Source: Octopus sinensis
Lineage: Eukaryota
Direction: 5' to 3'
NCBI RefSeq assembly: GCF_006345805.1
Contig: NC_043006.1
Span: forward strand, 2,976,001 to 3,040,000
DNA length: 64,000 nucleotides
Shown in pieces: positions 47,946 to 60,040 of the stretch; the stretch's first letter is position 1; each line of letters starts with the position of its first letter. Under the pieces are notes generated by a model. That model saw only the letters and a list, made by a program, of their open reading frames with translations, ran no database searches and was not told where the DNA came from. The position numbers and the translations under genes are program-made.

Positions 47946-50021
47946 TTAACTGGCTGTGATGAAATTGAGGAAACTTTAATCCAGAGGGCATACTACATGG
48001 GTCAAATTCCCACCCAGCTAGCACCAGAGAGTCTGGCCTCTTCTACCTCCTTGACACAGCCTGCTTTTTACAATGTGATCAACCCTAGGTCTGCATCAGC
48101 AGCTGCATTTGCAAACAATGTGCATACACAGACTGACACTATGAACGGAGATACCAAGCCAACCACTAGTCATAATGCAATGCATACTAGCTCACAAAGA
48201 AGACCAAAATCATCTGATGGTGTACCGGAGAGTTCTACCAGTGGTCACCATCCTTCAGAGAATTTGAACATGAAAACCGTTTCTGTAGAAAACATGCACA
48301 AGAACACTTCATCTTTTCCTTCAAAGAGCGAAAGCTCGAAACCAAGTCTTCAAGATGTAATTTCTCATTTGTTCAACCAAGCTTCTGCTGCGTACCCCTC
48401 AGCGCAGTCAGCTCTACCAACATCAGCAGCAAGCTCAGATAAATCTTCCAGTAATAGTGATAAAACTGAAAGTACTTTAACATCTTCAAGCAAAAAGAAT
48501 GAGTTGGCATCTGCCCTTCCTACATCCATTAGTAACCAATCACTTTTGATCTCCCATAAAATGGTTTCAATTCCTACATCTGACATAAGTTTATCAAATT
48601 CATCTTCCAGTGGTCCAGAAAGTATTCTGGTTTCTCAAAGCAATACAAATTCTTCATTACGGTCTACAGTTTCATCAAAATCCTCTGGAATTAATGAACA
48701 CTCCCGCTTGTCTTCTAATAAAGGAGCCACTCCTGCTCCAACTAAGTCCTCACAAGACTTATTGACTGCTAGTCGCAGCAGTTCTGCTGGATCATCAAAG
48801 TCTTCATTTCCTCTTGGTTATGATAAGTTTGGTGCTGTTTACTATGACTATAGTTTGCCAGACCGTGGACTGAGTCAAGCCAGACAAAGTCGAGGTGTGG
48901 TGCTCTCTCCATGTGTCAGTCCAGCTGCAGTGTGCTATTATCCAAATGGTCTACATCCACTCAAGCCCCCGGTGGACTTATCTAACTCTAGTTTGGATGT
49001 CTCTAATCCAAGTACCCCATTAGATTTATCAGCATCAGCTTACAAAGAGCAAGAACCCGTACAATCTCGGAAGCCAGGAAAAGGAGCTGAGAAATCGTTA
49101 GATATTTGCAGTCCATTAGCAGTAGATGAGTCTTTGGAAGAAGTTAAAACCCCTTTGACACGGAGCTCTACTGTAGCGGTCCCTACGCCTCCAGCTTCCA
49201 GTTTATCTGAGAAGCAGGATAGCAAGCAGTCGAAAGCTGTTATACCCTCCCTTAAATCTTCATATGAGCGAAATTATCTTATATTTGGTGACAGTGAACT
49301 CGAGATAATATCTGTTGGTAAAAACAAGTGGATTGTTCGTAATGAACTTGAACTCTGTCGAATTGCAAAAGAGGAAGTGAAGAAACTCGGTAGCCCAATT
49401 CCTGAGGAACCTTGTTCTAAGACACCTAACGATAAAAGACATTCATGTAAACATTCAACCAAAACCATTTGTTCCAATGTTGACTCTTGCTTGCACTGTA
49501 ACCATTCATCGAATGCAAATCCATGTTCCACTCCAAAGAATTCCCAAGGTGCCTGTTGCTTATCTGCAGATTTCTCCAGGTTCGTTTCGTCATCGTCCCC
49601 TCAACACTCCTCAGCTGGTAGTCCAAAAGACCAAAAGGATAGTTGTCCTAACCATAAGAGAAGTGTTGACTCTTCTAAGGAAACAGACTGTCCATCAGCC
49701 AAAGTGTCCAAGAGTTCTGCTAATTGCCCTTCAAATGATAATACTAGTCCATGTCCTAACGTGAGCGCTACTGACATATCAACCGCCAATAATTCTGACT
49801 GGGAACTCAGTCGTGATGACTCTTCTATCAACCCAAATTCAAACTCAGAAAATAACACGCCCACTTCTAATGAACAGCCACCATCAACGAACTCTAAAGT
49901 GTCTGACGAAGAATCTCAAAAAGAACCTCTCTCTTCATGTGATGAAGCTGGGGATTCCGCAATGCCTGACACTGAAGGAAGCAAATGTCCAACTTTACAA
50001 AAAATGTTAAAGACTACTTGA
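47946..50021 (+). CDS. Paxbeta: Large terminal coding exon of the Pax gene (691 aa, Ser/Thr/Pro-rich, with YDYSLPDRG, PVDLS/PLDLS and YERNYLIFGDSELEIISVGKNKW motifs)
   Basis: catttttttctccag| acceptor at 47945 is phase 0 and in frame (LTGCDEIEETLIQRAYY then MGQ...) with the 674-aa ORF 47997..50021, the only long complex ORF in the window. Ends in TGA. Confidence 0.92.
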   Translation, partial: LTGCDEIEETLIQRAYYMGQIPTQLAPESLASSTSLTQPAFYNVINPRSASAAAFANNVHTQTDTMNGDTKPTTSHNAMHTSSQRRPKSSDGVPESSTSGHHPSENLNMKTVSVENMHKNTSSFPSKSESSKPSLQDVISHLFNQASAAYPSAQSALPTSAASSDKSSSNSDKTESTLTSSSKKNELASALPTSISNQSLLISHKMVSIPTSDISLSNSSSSGPESILVSQSNTNSSLRSTVSSKSSGINEHSRLSSNKGATPAPTKSSQDLLTASRSSSAGSSKSSFPLGYDKFGAVYYDYSLPDRGLSQARQSRGVVLSPCVSPAAVCYYPNGLHPLKPPVDLSNSSLDVSNPSTPLDLSASAYKEQEPVQSRKPGKGAEKSLDICSPLAVDESLEEVKTPLTRSSTVAVPTPPASSLSEKQDSKQSKAVIPSLKSSYERNYLIFGDSELEIISVGKNKWIVRNELELCRIAKEEVKKLGSPIPEEPCSKTPNDKRHSCKHSTKTICSNVDSCLHCNHSSNANPCSTPKNSQGACCLSADFSRFVSSSSPQHSSAGSPKDQKDSCPNHKRSVDSSKETDCPSAKVSKSSANCPSNDNTSPCPNVSATDISTANNSDWELSRDDSSINPNSNSENNTPTSNEQPPSTNSKVSDEESQKEPLSSCDEAGDSAMPDTEGSKCPTLQKMLKTT

Positions 50022-50529
50022 GTAGCGCCACATAATTAAACATATATTATTTCTCACTCTACCTGTTTTTTTTTTATCTCCATCTTTCTTTCTCTTTCTT
50101 TCTTTGTAAATCGGATTGTGAAACAAACAAACAAACAAACTACAAACAAAAAACACCAAAGCCCTCCTGAGCTCTTCACTTGCGTGCAGTGTTGAGACGA
50201 GGGATAAACAGTTGAGCATCAGTCTTACTTGCCAGTTGTACTAGAATGCTGATGGCTAAAGCCCAGCCGGGTGCACAAATTGTAGGTCAAAGTTGTTATG
50301 GTGCTGTGAAACAGAGGTGAGCCCTACTTCAGCTGCCCCCCCGAATCATCGTTGATGTTGATTAGGAAAGAAAGAGAAACAAAACAGGGAACACAAGAAC
50401 CCTGCTGCATTAGAAGAAGAAGAAGAAGTATGGCGTGTTCTGTCAGCTTGAACCTTTTTTTCAAAAATTATTCTTCAAGTCCTGCCAATCAGTGTTGCTG
50501 CTGTTGCTCTCTTGCATCTTAATGTGCGC

Positions 50530-50567
50530 TCAGAAAAAAAAACAATATATATACATATATATACATA

Positions 50568-50628
<61 letters not shown>

Positions 50629-50830
50629 GTGTACATCAGCATATGTATGTATGTGTGTGAGACCATGCATATGTATGTTACTGTGCATGTGTGTGTGTGT
50701 GTGTGTGTAGCTATATATATGTGTGTGTGTGTGTATATGTGTGTATACATGTATATATGTGTACATATACATACATATATATATATATGCACACGTGTGT
50801 GTGAATGAAGCATGCATACATACACATGCA
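50530..50830. repeat. TA/TG microsatellite complex
   Basis: Direct inspection. Confidence 0.9.
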
Positions 50831-52115
50831 CAAACACACATGCAGGTAAAATTTAGAGAAAATATTTTTTTTTTCTTTTTGGTAAGTAAAATGGAAGAAC
50901 CCTACCAGACATTTTGAATATTTTAAAAATAATGCTTGTCCTCATCTTCATTTTCTGTATGTGATTAGGAAAGAAATAAGTTGTCAAGAAGTCTTTATAA
51001 CCATTGCCATTATAGTATTCCTTTTCACAGCATCCCCATGTTTATTAATGGCAAAATACTGGAGACAGCACTATGGTGGTAATTTCAAAGGCACTTTCCT
51101 CAATTTGCGTATCAACTGTAAAGATATTTTTAATTTTTTTTCTAAATTTTTTTTTTTTTTTGGTCCCCAATTCCCTCTAAATGTTTCATCAACTGTTCAT
51201 ATGCAGCAAAACATTCAGTTTTTAAGGTATAACTTCATTCTGTTTGACCTGAAAGTATTTGCATTCTTACCAATTTATGGAACTACATTCTTGTAAAAAT
51301 GAAAAAAACAAAAAAAAAAAAAAACAAAAAAAAAAAGCTGAAAACAGTTATAGAAAAAGAAAGCAAAGAAAATTGATATCTGGACTCTGGCTTTTAATGT
51401 TCAAAGAATGAAGGAAGCATTTGTTGTACATCGGAAACTTGGCTTAATTCAAACATTTCTACTCCTTGTTATTTTAATTTTATTTTCTATAAGTTTGGTC
51501 TCACTAAATTACTTTTTCTTTCTTCACATATGACTACACAACAGTCAAATTACCTGTGTCATATTATCTGAGGCAAAGTAAACAAACAGAATGGAATAAT
51601 ATATAAAAAAAAAAAAGGAAGAAAGAAAGAAAGAAGGAAGAAACTGCAAAAAAAGGGCTCAGTTAGTGAGTTGACATTTATACTACACATGTTTGTGTAA
51701 CTAACCAAAGGCTGGGGTTAAACCATAGGGTTTTCATCAAGCATCTTGGCTCTTACATATGTAACAATGTGTGAGTGCTGACTGCATAGGTTTTTATATA
51801 TATTATATATACATATATATATATATATCTTTTGCTTATTGGACATGTTTTTGTGTATGCTTACACATATATACATGCATTCGCGCATACATAAACACAT
51901 GTATATATATATACATACATTTATACACACACACCTTTTCTCCTTTGGTTTTTAAATGGTCGAAGGGTAAGGTGCCGTGTATGAGGGGTTCAAATACAGT
52001 TGCAGGATGTTAGGTTGTGTCTGGGTGCGAGACACTTAACATCCTTTACTCTTCAATAATGTATCATACCTAGTTAAGACAATGTTATATAAGCATTCAT
52101 CCTTTCACACACATG

Positions 52116-52162
<47 letters not shown>

Positions 52163-53141
52163 TTTCAGTTTGTGACAACTGACTTTCTTTTCAGGGAATC
52201 ACATATTATTGGTCCAGTTCTTCTATGACATATTTTTCATGTGTACAAATACATTATTTAAGACAGTGGCTATGGATGTTTTTAAAAATATATATGCGTG
52301 TGTGTGTGTGTTAGTCTACATGTGCTTGCGTGTGTATGTCTCTGTATGTGTGTGTATGTGCATGTATAAATGTATGTATTTGTTTGTGTGTGTATAAATG
52401 TATGTATGTCTGCATATATATATGTATGTGTGTGTGTATATATATATATGCATATATTTATATACCTATATATATGCATATAGATATATATATATAAAAT
52501 TATTAATTAGGGTATCTATGATATGTATATATAGATATGCATATATGTATATGTGCATATATATATATATATATAAGCACATGCATACCCCTGTTTTATA
52601 TATCATTGACATGTGTGTGTGAGAGTGCATTGTGTCTTTATTATTTGAGTATATTCATGTACAAATGGTTACTTGTTTCTATGCTGAAATATATTTGGGT
52701 GTGTGTGTCTGTGTATGCATGTTTTTGTGGGACTATGCAAAAAAAATTATGTCATAGTTATGGAAAATCTTGACCCAATATTTATATGTGGCATCACAAT
52801 GAAGAGAGAGAGAGAGAGAGAGAGACTCTAAAGTGAAATGTAGTCTGCACACACATCTACCCTTGGACATAAGATGCCTTCGTGGGAAGTTTGATTAAAA
52901 TGTTTTTCTTTTTAGCTTAAAAGTTTTAGTCTTCATCATCCAAAACTGATGGTACTGAAACCCTGGAGAAAGAAAACTGCATTTGTTCTGACAATATATA
53001 TTTGCAAAACAACTTCAGTTCAGATTTCAAGTTTCTCCTTCAGTTTTTCCAAATCAGAAATAACAATAATTTGATTTTGCTTTCCCATCCTTGCTTAGTT
53101 GCATTTAAAACACCGTAGCTTAATCAATTTGGAATTTCAAA

Positions 53142-53144
<3 letters not shown>

Positions 53145-53210
<66 letters not shown>

Positions 53211-53254
53211 ATGTATATATATATATGTATGTATGTATGTATATATGTATGTAT

Positions 53255-53285
<31 letters not shown>

Positions 53286-53338
53286 ATGTATATGTATGTA
53301 TGTATACATGTATATATGTATGTATATATGTATATATA

Positions 53339-53370
<32 letters not shown>

Positions 53371-53373
53371 ATG

Positions 53374-53430
<57 letters not shown>

Positions 53431-53433
53431 ATG

Positions 53434-53520
<87 letters not shown>

Positions 53521-53631
53521 ATATGTATATATATGTATGTATATGTATGTATGTATATATGTATATATATATGTGTGTGTGTGTGTGTATGTATATGTAT
53601 GTATACATATATATATGTATATATATATATG

Positions 53632-53671
<40 letters not shown>

Positions 53672-53685
53672 TGTATGTATAAATG
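53145..53685. repeat. TA/TG/TATG microsatellite array
   Basis: Direct inspection. Confidence 0.95.
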
Positions 53686-53716
53686 TTTTTGGTGTTTATT
53701 GGCTTCCAACAGCATG

Positions 53717-53749
53717 GCCAGATGTTTCGACTTTAGTCTCTTCAGCGGC
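53717..53749 (-). ncRNA. Minimal Penelope-type hammerhead-like motif, probably decayed
   Basis: Minus strand GCCG-CUGAAGA-GAC-UAAA-GUC-GAAAC-AUC^-UGGC: intact core, 3-bp stem II, 4-bp stem I; stem III has no loop and a C.A mismatch. Confidence 0.5.
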
Positions 53750-54103
53750 AAGAGTTATAATATCTGGTCGTGTTGCAAGAAACCATAAACATCAAGTATG
53801 TATATATATATATATTCGTATAATACTCCATGGTTCTGTGGTTAGCAGTATGAAGAACATCAAATGAAAATATAAATGATAAAGTAATTTCTCAATCAAG
53901 AATCATCCATCTACTCATGTACCAAGTGTCGTAGCATGGGCATAAAACATCTGAACTGTAATGTATATATATATTCATGTGTGTATACTATACATGAACA
54001 GAGCAGTGAAGGTGGATGCATTGCAACACATTTGCAGGTTATTGCATTTCATTGACATGCTTGCTAATCAACTCATTTCACCAGCTACTTTTTCTCTTAT
54101 TAA

Positions 54104-54148
<45 letters not shown>

Positions 54149-54376
54149 TTTCTAGTGTTTATCATTGTTTGTCTATTCTCTCTCCTCTCAAAACTGATAT
54201 AACATGAAAAATGTGTTTTAGATTTTCAAATTCCAAAGCAATGTGTTGATGTTTTATTCAGTAAATTAGGAATGTATGCAACAGTTTTCAATTGGGAAGA
54301 CTAACTATTCCTCTTCTTTGTAATATTATTATCATTATTATTATTGTCATCATCATCATTGTCATCAATATTCTAT

Positions 54377-54530
54377 TGAGTTGGCAGAATTGTTAAATCA
54401 GTGGAAAAATTGCTTTTTACACTCTGAGTTCAAATTGCACTGAGGTTAACTTTGCCGTTCATTCTTTCAAGGTCAATAAGATAAAGTACCAGTTAAGTAC
54501 TAGCTTTGTACCTAAATTAGAAACATTATT
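54377..54530 (+). mobile_element. Degraded family A SINE
   Basis: gagttggcagaattgtta...ctgagttcaaattgcactgaggttaactttgcc..ttcattctttcaaggtcaataa..aagtaccag. Confidence 0.75.
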
Positions 54531-57500
54531 ATCATTTTTATGACAGTAGAATAGTAATCTTTACTACTGTGTGGTACCAAATTGCCAGGGGACCGAGTGT
54601 ACAATCCACTTTCAGTTGTGTTAAAGCCTCTACATTGAACTCAGTAAAACCCTTTGGAAGAGCATGAATTCCATAATTTTGTGCTTCTAAAACTGTGAGG
54701 CATCCTGCCTGGAGAAGAACCCATCCTTAGGACAAGTTGACACAAGCCATGAAGCATTATAGATACTTGGTTGTATCTAGTTTGGTTTCCTAAGTTTGAA
54801 CGTTCACTACTATCCCTCTTTATGTTGTTAAGGTACCTGAAAGCTGCTGTTATGAATGTGTTAGATGAACACTGGAATCCCTCCATGCGTTTGGTCTCTT
54901 TTATACTATAAAGCAGTTTACAATTGAGAAGTGTTTATAGACAATGTGAAGTTTACTTATTTGGTTACGGATAAATGTTATGCCTCCTCCTCCTCCTCAA
55001 GTTGTTAGCTTTCTCATCCCTACAAACTGCCAACTCCCTTTGATCTTGCTCGTTTTTCTTAGATTCTTAGGTCTTTTTAAATTTTCCCCAAAATTCTTCT
55101 CTCGGGTGAAATGAGTCTTTTCGTACAGGCAGTATGTGTGTTTTTATTCTTTATTAATAGTGGAAGATAAACCACATGGCAGAATTACTTTCTTTTACCA
55201 AACTCTATTATTTTCCTATTTCTGCTGCAGATTGTGCAGTTTAAGCTGTGTACTGCCCCAACCCCAAAAGGCAGATGACTAGTTTTTAGGAAATCTCTGG
55301 AGTTGTAAGCTTACCCTCTCTGATGATAAATAGCTTCTGCATCTTTGCTATGGAGTGTAGTTACTTGCCTCACCACCAACTCGACTATCAGCAACAATTT
55401 ATGCTCAAAAGAAAAATATTTGGTACTTTGTTCTGATGTTTCCATACACATGTTTATAGTTGCTCCATTTCAACAAAATAGCTTTTTCACTTTTCATTTT
55501 TGTTTTCGTTGAAATTCTTCACACATTCTTTATCGTGCATTTATTCCACTGTAGTTGAGAGAAGCCTAGACTGAATTAAGGAACACATGTAAACTAAATC
55601 TGTATTAAATGTATCACACAATGAACATGGGGTGGTGCAATGAACAAAGCACACTGAAAGACTCTCTTTTACTGACTGTTTCAAATACAAGAGCAAAAAC
55701 AATATCTAAAACAGCAGCACATAATCCCATAATTTGTATGGTGTATTTTATATTCAATACATTGTCTAATTCCTGTGGAGTTGCTATAGAAAAGCTGGGA
55801 TTCATTACATGCAAAGTGTGCTTTCAGCCAATTAAGTCTGTGGCCTGATATAAGATTTCAGTGAGATTTTGTCGTTTGCCTTGCTTAATACCTTCAGGAT
55901 AGGTGTAGTTTAATTTACTCTACTCTCTATATATTTGGTCATACTTACGTTTAGCTTTAGTAAGTAAAGTGAATGAAAGGAGAGCATGTTTTCTATTTTT
56001 AGATAATTGCATTTTAAGGGAAATTTAACGAGAAAAAAACTCTCACTCAATTTACTCAATTTTACTTGGATCACTAATTTACTTTAGATATAATAATGTT
56101 GGTTTTAATTTTATCTTAATTTGGAATGAAACTACTTAAAGTATATTTTAAAGCAGGCATAGCTGCAAGATTTATTTATCTAATTTTCTAGGCTTTATAG
56201 TTTGTATGGAATTCTATATATCAAATGTGACATTTGTATCACTAATGCTATTGGTCAAAAACTAGAACTTAGTATTTTATTGCATATGAGACTAAATGTT
56301 TTATTTTGGCTTTGGTACCAGTCAATTGAATAATGTGAATAATGGAGGCTTCGAGTTACATCTGGTTGGTTGGCAGAGCTGATCGTTTACCTTAAAATTT
56401 GTCTAAACAACTTTAATAGAAATTATTCAGTCTTAATAACTATGCAGGCCAAGCGTGAGAATGTAGTTTCAGATATTCGTGAATGATTTCTGTTGAAGTA
56501 AGATGTCTGTAGCCTGTCAAGAACGAACCAAGTAATCGAGGCAAGGTTTAGATTTTATGCAGTCTGAAAGAGAGCAAAAATGTTTAGCATGCAATATTTA
56601 AGCATTTGTAGTTCTTTTTTTTTTTGTTTGTTTTGTTCTTTTTCTTTATGTCCTTTAAACAATCCACCCAATACAACTGTTATTATTCTTTTCTTATTTG
56701 TCTGTCATGTAAGAAGAGTTGACATTCACTTAGCAAACACAATGCTTCTCTCTGAACAAGTGGAATTTCGCACAAGTGCTTTCTAAAAATAACAGATTGT
56801 TGTAGAAACATGAATACTCTAGAATTCTCAAGGTTCTTAGCACAAAATAACCTCTGTCGACAATGGTGCATGTTGGAGGAATGGCAGTATTTGTTTCTGG
56901 TCCAAATTGCATCCGGATTCTTTTCTTTGCCCCACCTCAAAGTGAATTGCGCATTCGAAAATAAGAAATTACAAATATGAAATTCTATTCTTTTATTTCA
57001 TATTTCAACAGAGAATGAGTTTTGATCTAATCTTGCACCCCAAAGTTATGAATTTATCACTTTATCCATATTTGTTTTCACAAGCACACACATCAAACTC
57101 CTGTAGTATGTTTAAAATATTCAATATATATATATATATATATATGTTATAAACACATAGCATCTGACATGCACACACACTCATAAAAACATACATACTC
57201 ATGTGTGTATGTGTGTAACGCAATTATTGATTCATTACACCCCTGTTAGAATATATAGTGACCATGGTAACATATGGGCATTTATGAAACCAATGGTATG
57301 GAATTTATATTTTAGTTCTAACACAAAGCAGCTCTGTAAGAATCCATAATCTATGAATGTATATACAGGTAACATTTGTGATATTTTTATCTGTTGACCA
57401 TCTGTTAGCTAAACTGACCTAGATCCATTTTGCTTTAATTATTTTTCGGTTATTGTTATTAGCATCAATAATAATAATAATGATGATAATAATAATAATA

Positions 57501-57888
57501 TTTCAATCAATTCCTGGTTCTTGAAAACTTGTTGCAAACTGTAAAAAACGAAAATTTAAAATATAAACAGAACATCTTTAATCTTTGATATCATTTCTAG
57601 GAAACTTCTCTCTAGTCATCTCTTCATTGTTGATGTACCTGGTTATTTACACACCCACACACTCAAACTCAAAGGTTTCAAATTATATATATATATATAT
57701 ATGAAAAAAAAAGCAACAATTACAAACATGTTTTTATCTTCCAAGCCCTTTCAATTGGAAAAAAAATATTGTTTTATGTCTATGACAATCATCTCTTGTT
57801 CAGAAAATATTATGTGAGAAAGTTTTTCTTTTTTTTTTTTTCCAATGTTTTTTTTTTTTTTTTTTCAATGTGTATCTAATGTGTGCAG

Positions 57889-57940
57889 GCATACATCCAT
57901 AGACTGGTTGCTGCCCCACACCTATAAATATATAAATAAT
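57889..57940 (+). other. Candidate 52-nt exon (coding or UTR status unknown)
   Basis: Long poly-T tract, ctaat branch point and cag| acceptor; donor AAT|gtgagt (alternative CAG|gtaggc at 57958); open frame HTSIDWLLPHTYKYINN. Confidence 0.4.
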
Positions 57941-58362
57941 GTGAGTTGGAGTTGCAGGTAGGCAGATGGCAACCACCTGCAGAGCCGGTAGCAAAAAGTA
58001 TTGAGAACAGCAACCACACAGTTTCAATAGCAGACATCTTGCAGGAGAGGGAACCAGCCAGAGTATTGCCGTCCGCTGAGTACCGTCGAGTTCCATCACC
58101 ATGCCTCCATCCCTTCCTGGACTAATCTTCTCTTTTATCTCCTCCACCCTACCTCCCATCCCCTGCTCTCTCAGTCCCCCACCCCCTGTTATTTTTGTAA
58201 TTTATATATTTTTTTTTTCCTATCCGTTCTTTAAAAAAAAAGGTTACAATTTCTCACCTGCCCTGATTGTATCCCCTCCACTTGACATTGATCTGTTACC
58301 TGAACTCTTTATCCCTCTCTCTCTCTCTCTTCCTCATTATCTCTCACCTTTTCTATATTTAG

Positions 58363-58424
58363 GTGCATACCCGTCTGTTTACAGATGAGCTGCTGGCCCC
58401 TGTTACTCCCTCACAGTCCTTCTG
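58363..58424 (+). other. Candidate 62-nt exon
   Basis: ccttttctatatttag| acceptor and TG|gtattt donor; phase 0 compatible with 57889-57940; frame VHTRLFTDELLAPVTPSQSF. Confidence 0.3.
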
Positions 58425-59814
58425 GTATTTCAAGGAGCTATCTCTGTTGGTTGTTAGTTTTATATTTTATAAACCCTGGCATTTGTTGTATTTCAATATT
58501 TTTTTTTTTTGTAATTTTTCCACTTTCACCTCATATTATTATACTTAACATTGTTTCGGGTCCCCCCCTCCTCACCATTATTAGTATATTATGATTATTG
58601 CTGTTATTCTTTTTCTTCATTACTATCATCATCATTATCATTACCAACACATTTATCTCTACTTAAAGCTTCATAATTATGTAAAAAACAACAACCATCA
58701 TCATCATTGTTATAATCATATTTTCTACACTGATCAACAGGTTCTTTTTTCTTATATTTTTATAATTTATTTTGTTAATGTTGGTTAATTAATTACCCAC
58801 ATATCTCCTTCAATCATACCACACACACACACACACTTATCCAAATGAAATTTCAATTTTGGTTTAAGAAAACCACACACAACTCCACCATTTATTGTTT
58901 CTTTTCCTGCTTTTCTCTAAATTTTGTGGTTCACGAAACAGTTTCCCCTTTCTCCACTGTTTCTATTCTTGGGGCATTTTTGGGGTCAACTTCAAATGGA
59001 ATTTCATTTGGTCTTGCTGCTTGTCTTCTTTCTAATAATCATCTTTATTTTGTTGCTCTACGTTTCATTTGCCACTGTAACTTCAGCAGCAATCATTATC
59101 GCCATTAGACCTTAAAGTTTACATCCAAGTGGGAATTATTATCTCAACTGGACCTTAATTTTTATATCTAAATAATGATGTAGTGGTCAGCTGATTGGGG
59201 AGTAGAAGCAAGCCTGCTTTGCCTTTGAATTCTGTAATTCTTCTTTTCACTAGATTTTTGTAGCCCTTGTGACTGGAGCAAGTGAGGCCTAAGTACCATG
59301 CTTCACGATGCAAAACACCTGATAGGATACAAACTTCAGAATGCCGACATTTTATATTGTTTGGCCATTGTGCCATGATTCAGTTAGAAGCCTGCTGAGA
59401 ATCACAACTAAGGATATGATGCACTCATGAAATTCAGGATAAAAACAAAATTTAATAAGAAGAATAACCAAGAAGTTCTTTTTAGATAAAATTGAACCAA
59501 TATCTTCTGGTTTCTGAAACACAGTAATTATGCTTAAAAAATAAAAAGCAAAACTACTAATTGCTTTGAATTGCTTTTTAGCTGGGATATTTAGAGCAGT
59601 GACAGTTTGTTAGTATAATCAGCTGGTAAAATTGGTATCGACAGAAGTTTCTAGAAGTTAGTTGGCTGCTTTGGTTGTAGGAGTTGGCTTTTTTTCTTTT
59701 TAACTTCTTGGAGGTTAATAAAAATTTGATATGAATTGCATTTGAATTGCCTCAATACATGATTCATTGGACATTTAAGAGATGTTCTAAGGATGATAGT
59801 TTCATCATAATAAC

Positions 59815-60040
59815 TAAGGTTGCAAGCTGGCAGAATTGTTATGATGCTGGGAAAATGCTTTGTGGTATTTTGTCTGTCTTCATGTTCTGAGTTCAAATTC
59901 TGCCAAGGTTGACTTTGCCTTTCATCCTTTTGGTGGGGTCAATAAAATAAGTACCAGTTGAACACTGGGGTCAGTGTAATCAACTTACTCCCTCCCCCCA
60001 AATTGCTGGCCTTGTGCCAAAATTGAAATAATTATTATTA
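59815..60040 (+). mobile_element. Family A SINE
   Basis: Head-to-tail match to the 41370 copy; (ATT)n tail. Confidence 0.85.

Noticed and set aside
47946-50021. Search for a homeodomain or octapeptide in the terminal exon
   Set aside because: No WFxNRR-type helix and no (Y/H)S(I/V)xGILG motif found, which argues against Pax2/5/8, Pax3/7 or Pax6 assignments.
54641-54886. Minus-strand ORF ending SFRSTKLWNS
   Set aside because: At most a decayed LINE C-terminus; too weak to annotate and not a host gene.
57800-58159. 119-aa minus-strand ORF ending in poly-Lys
   Set aside because: The poly-K comes from poly-T tracts that look like a + strand acceptor; no homology recognised.
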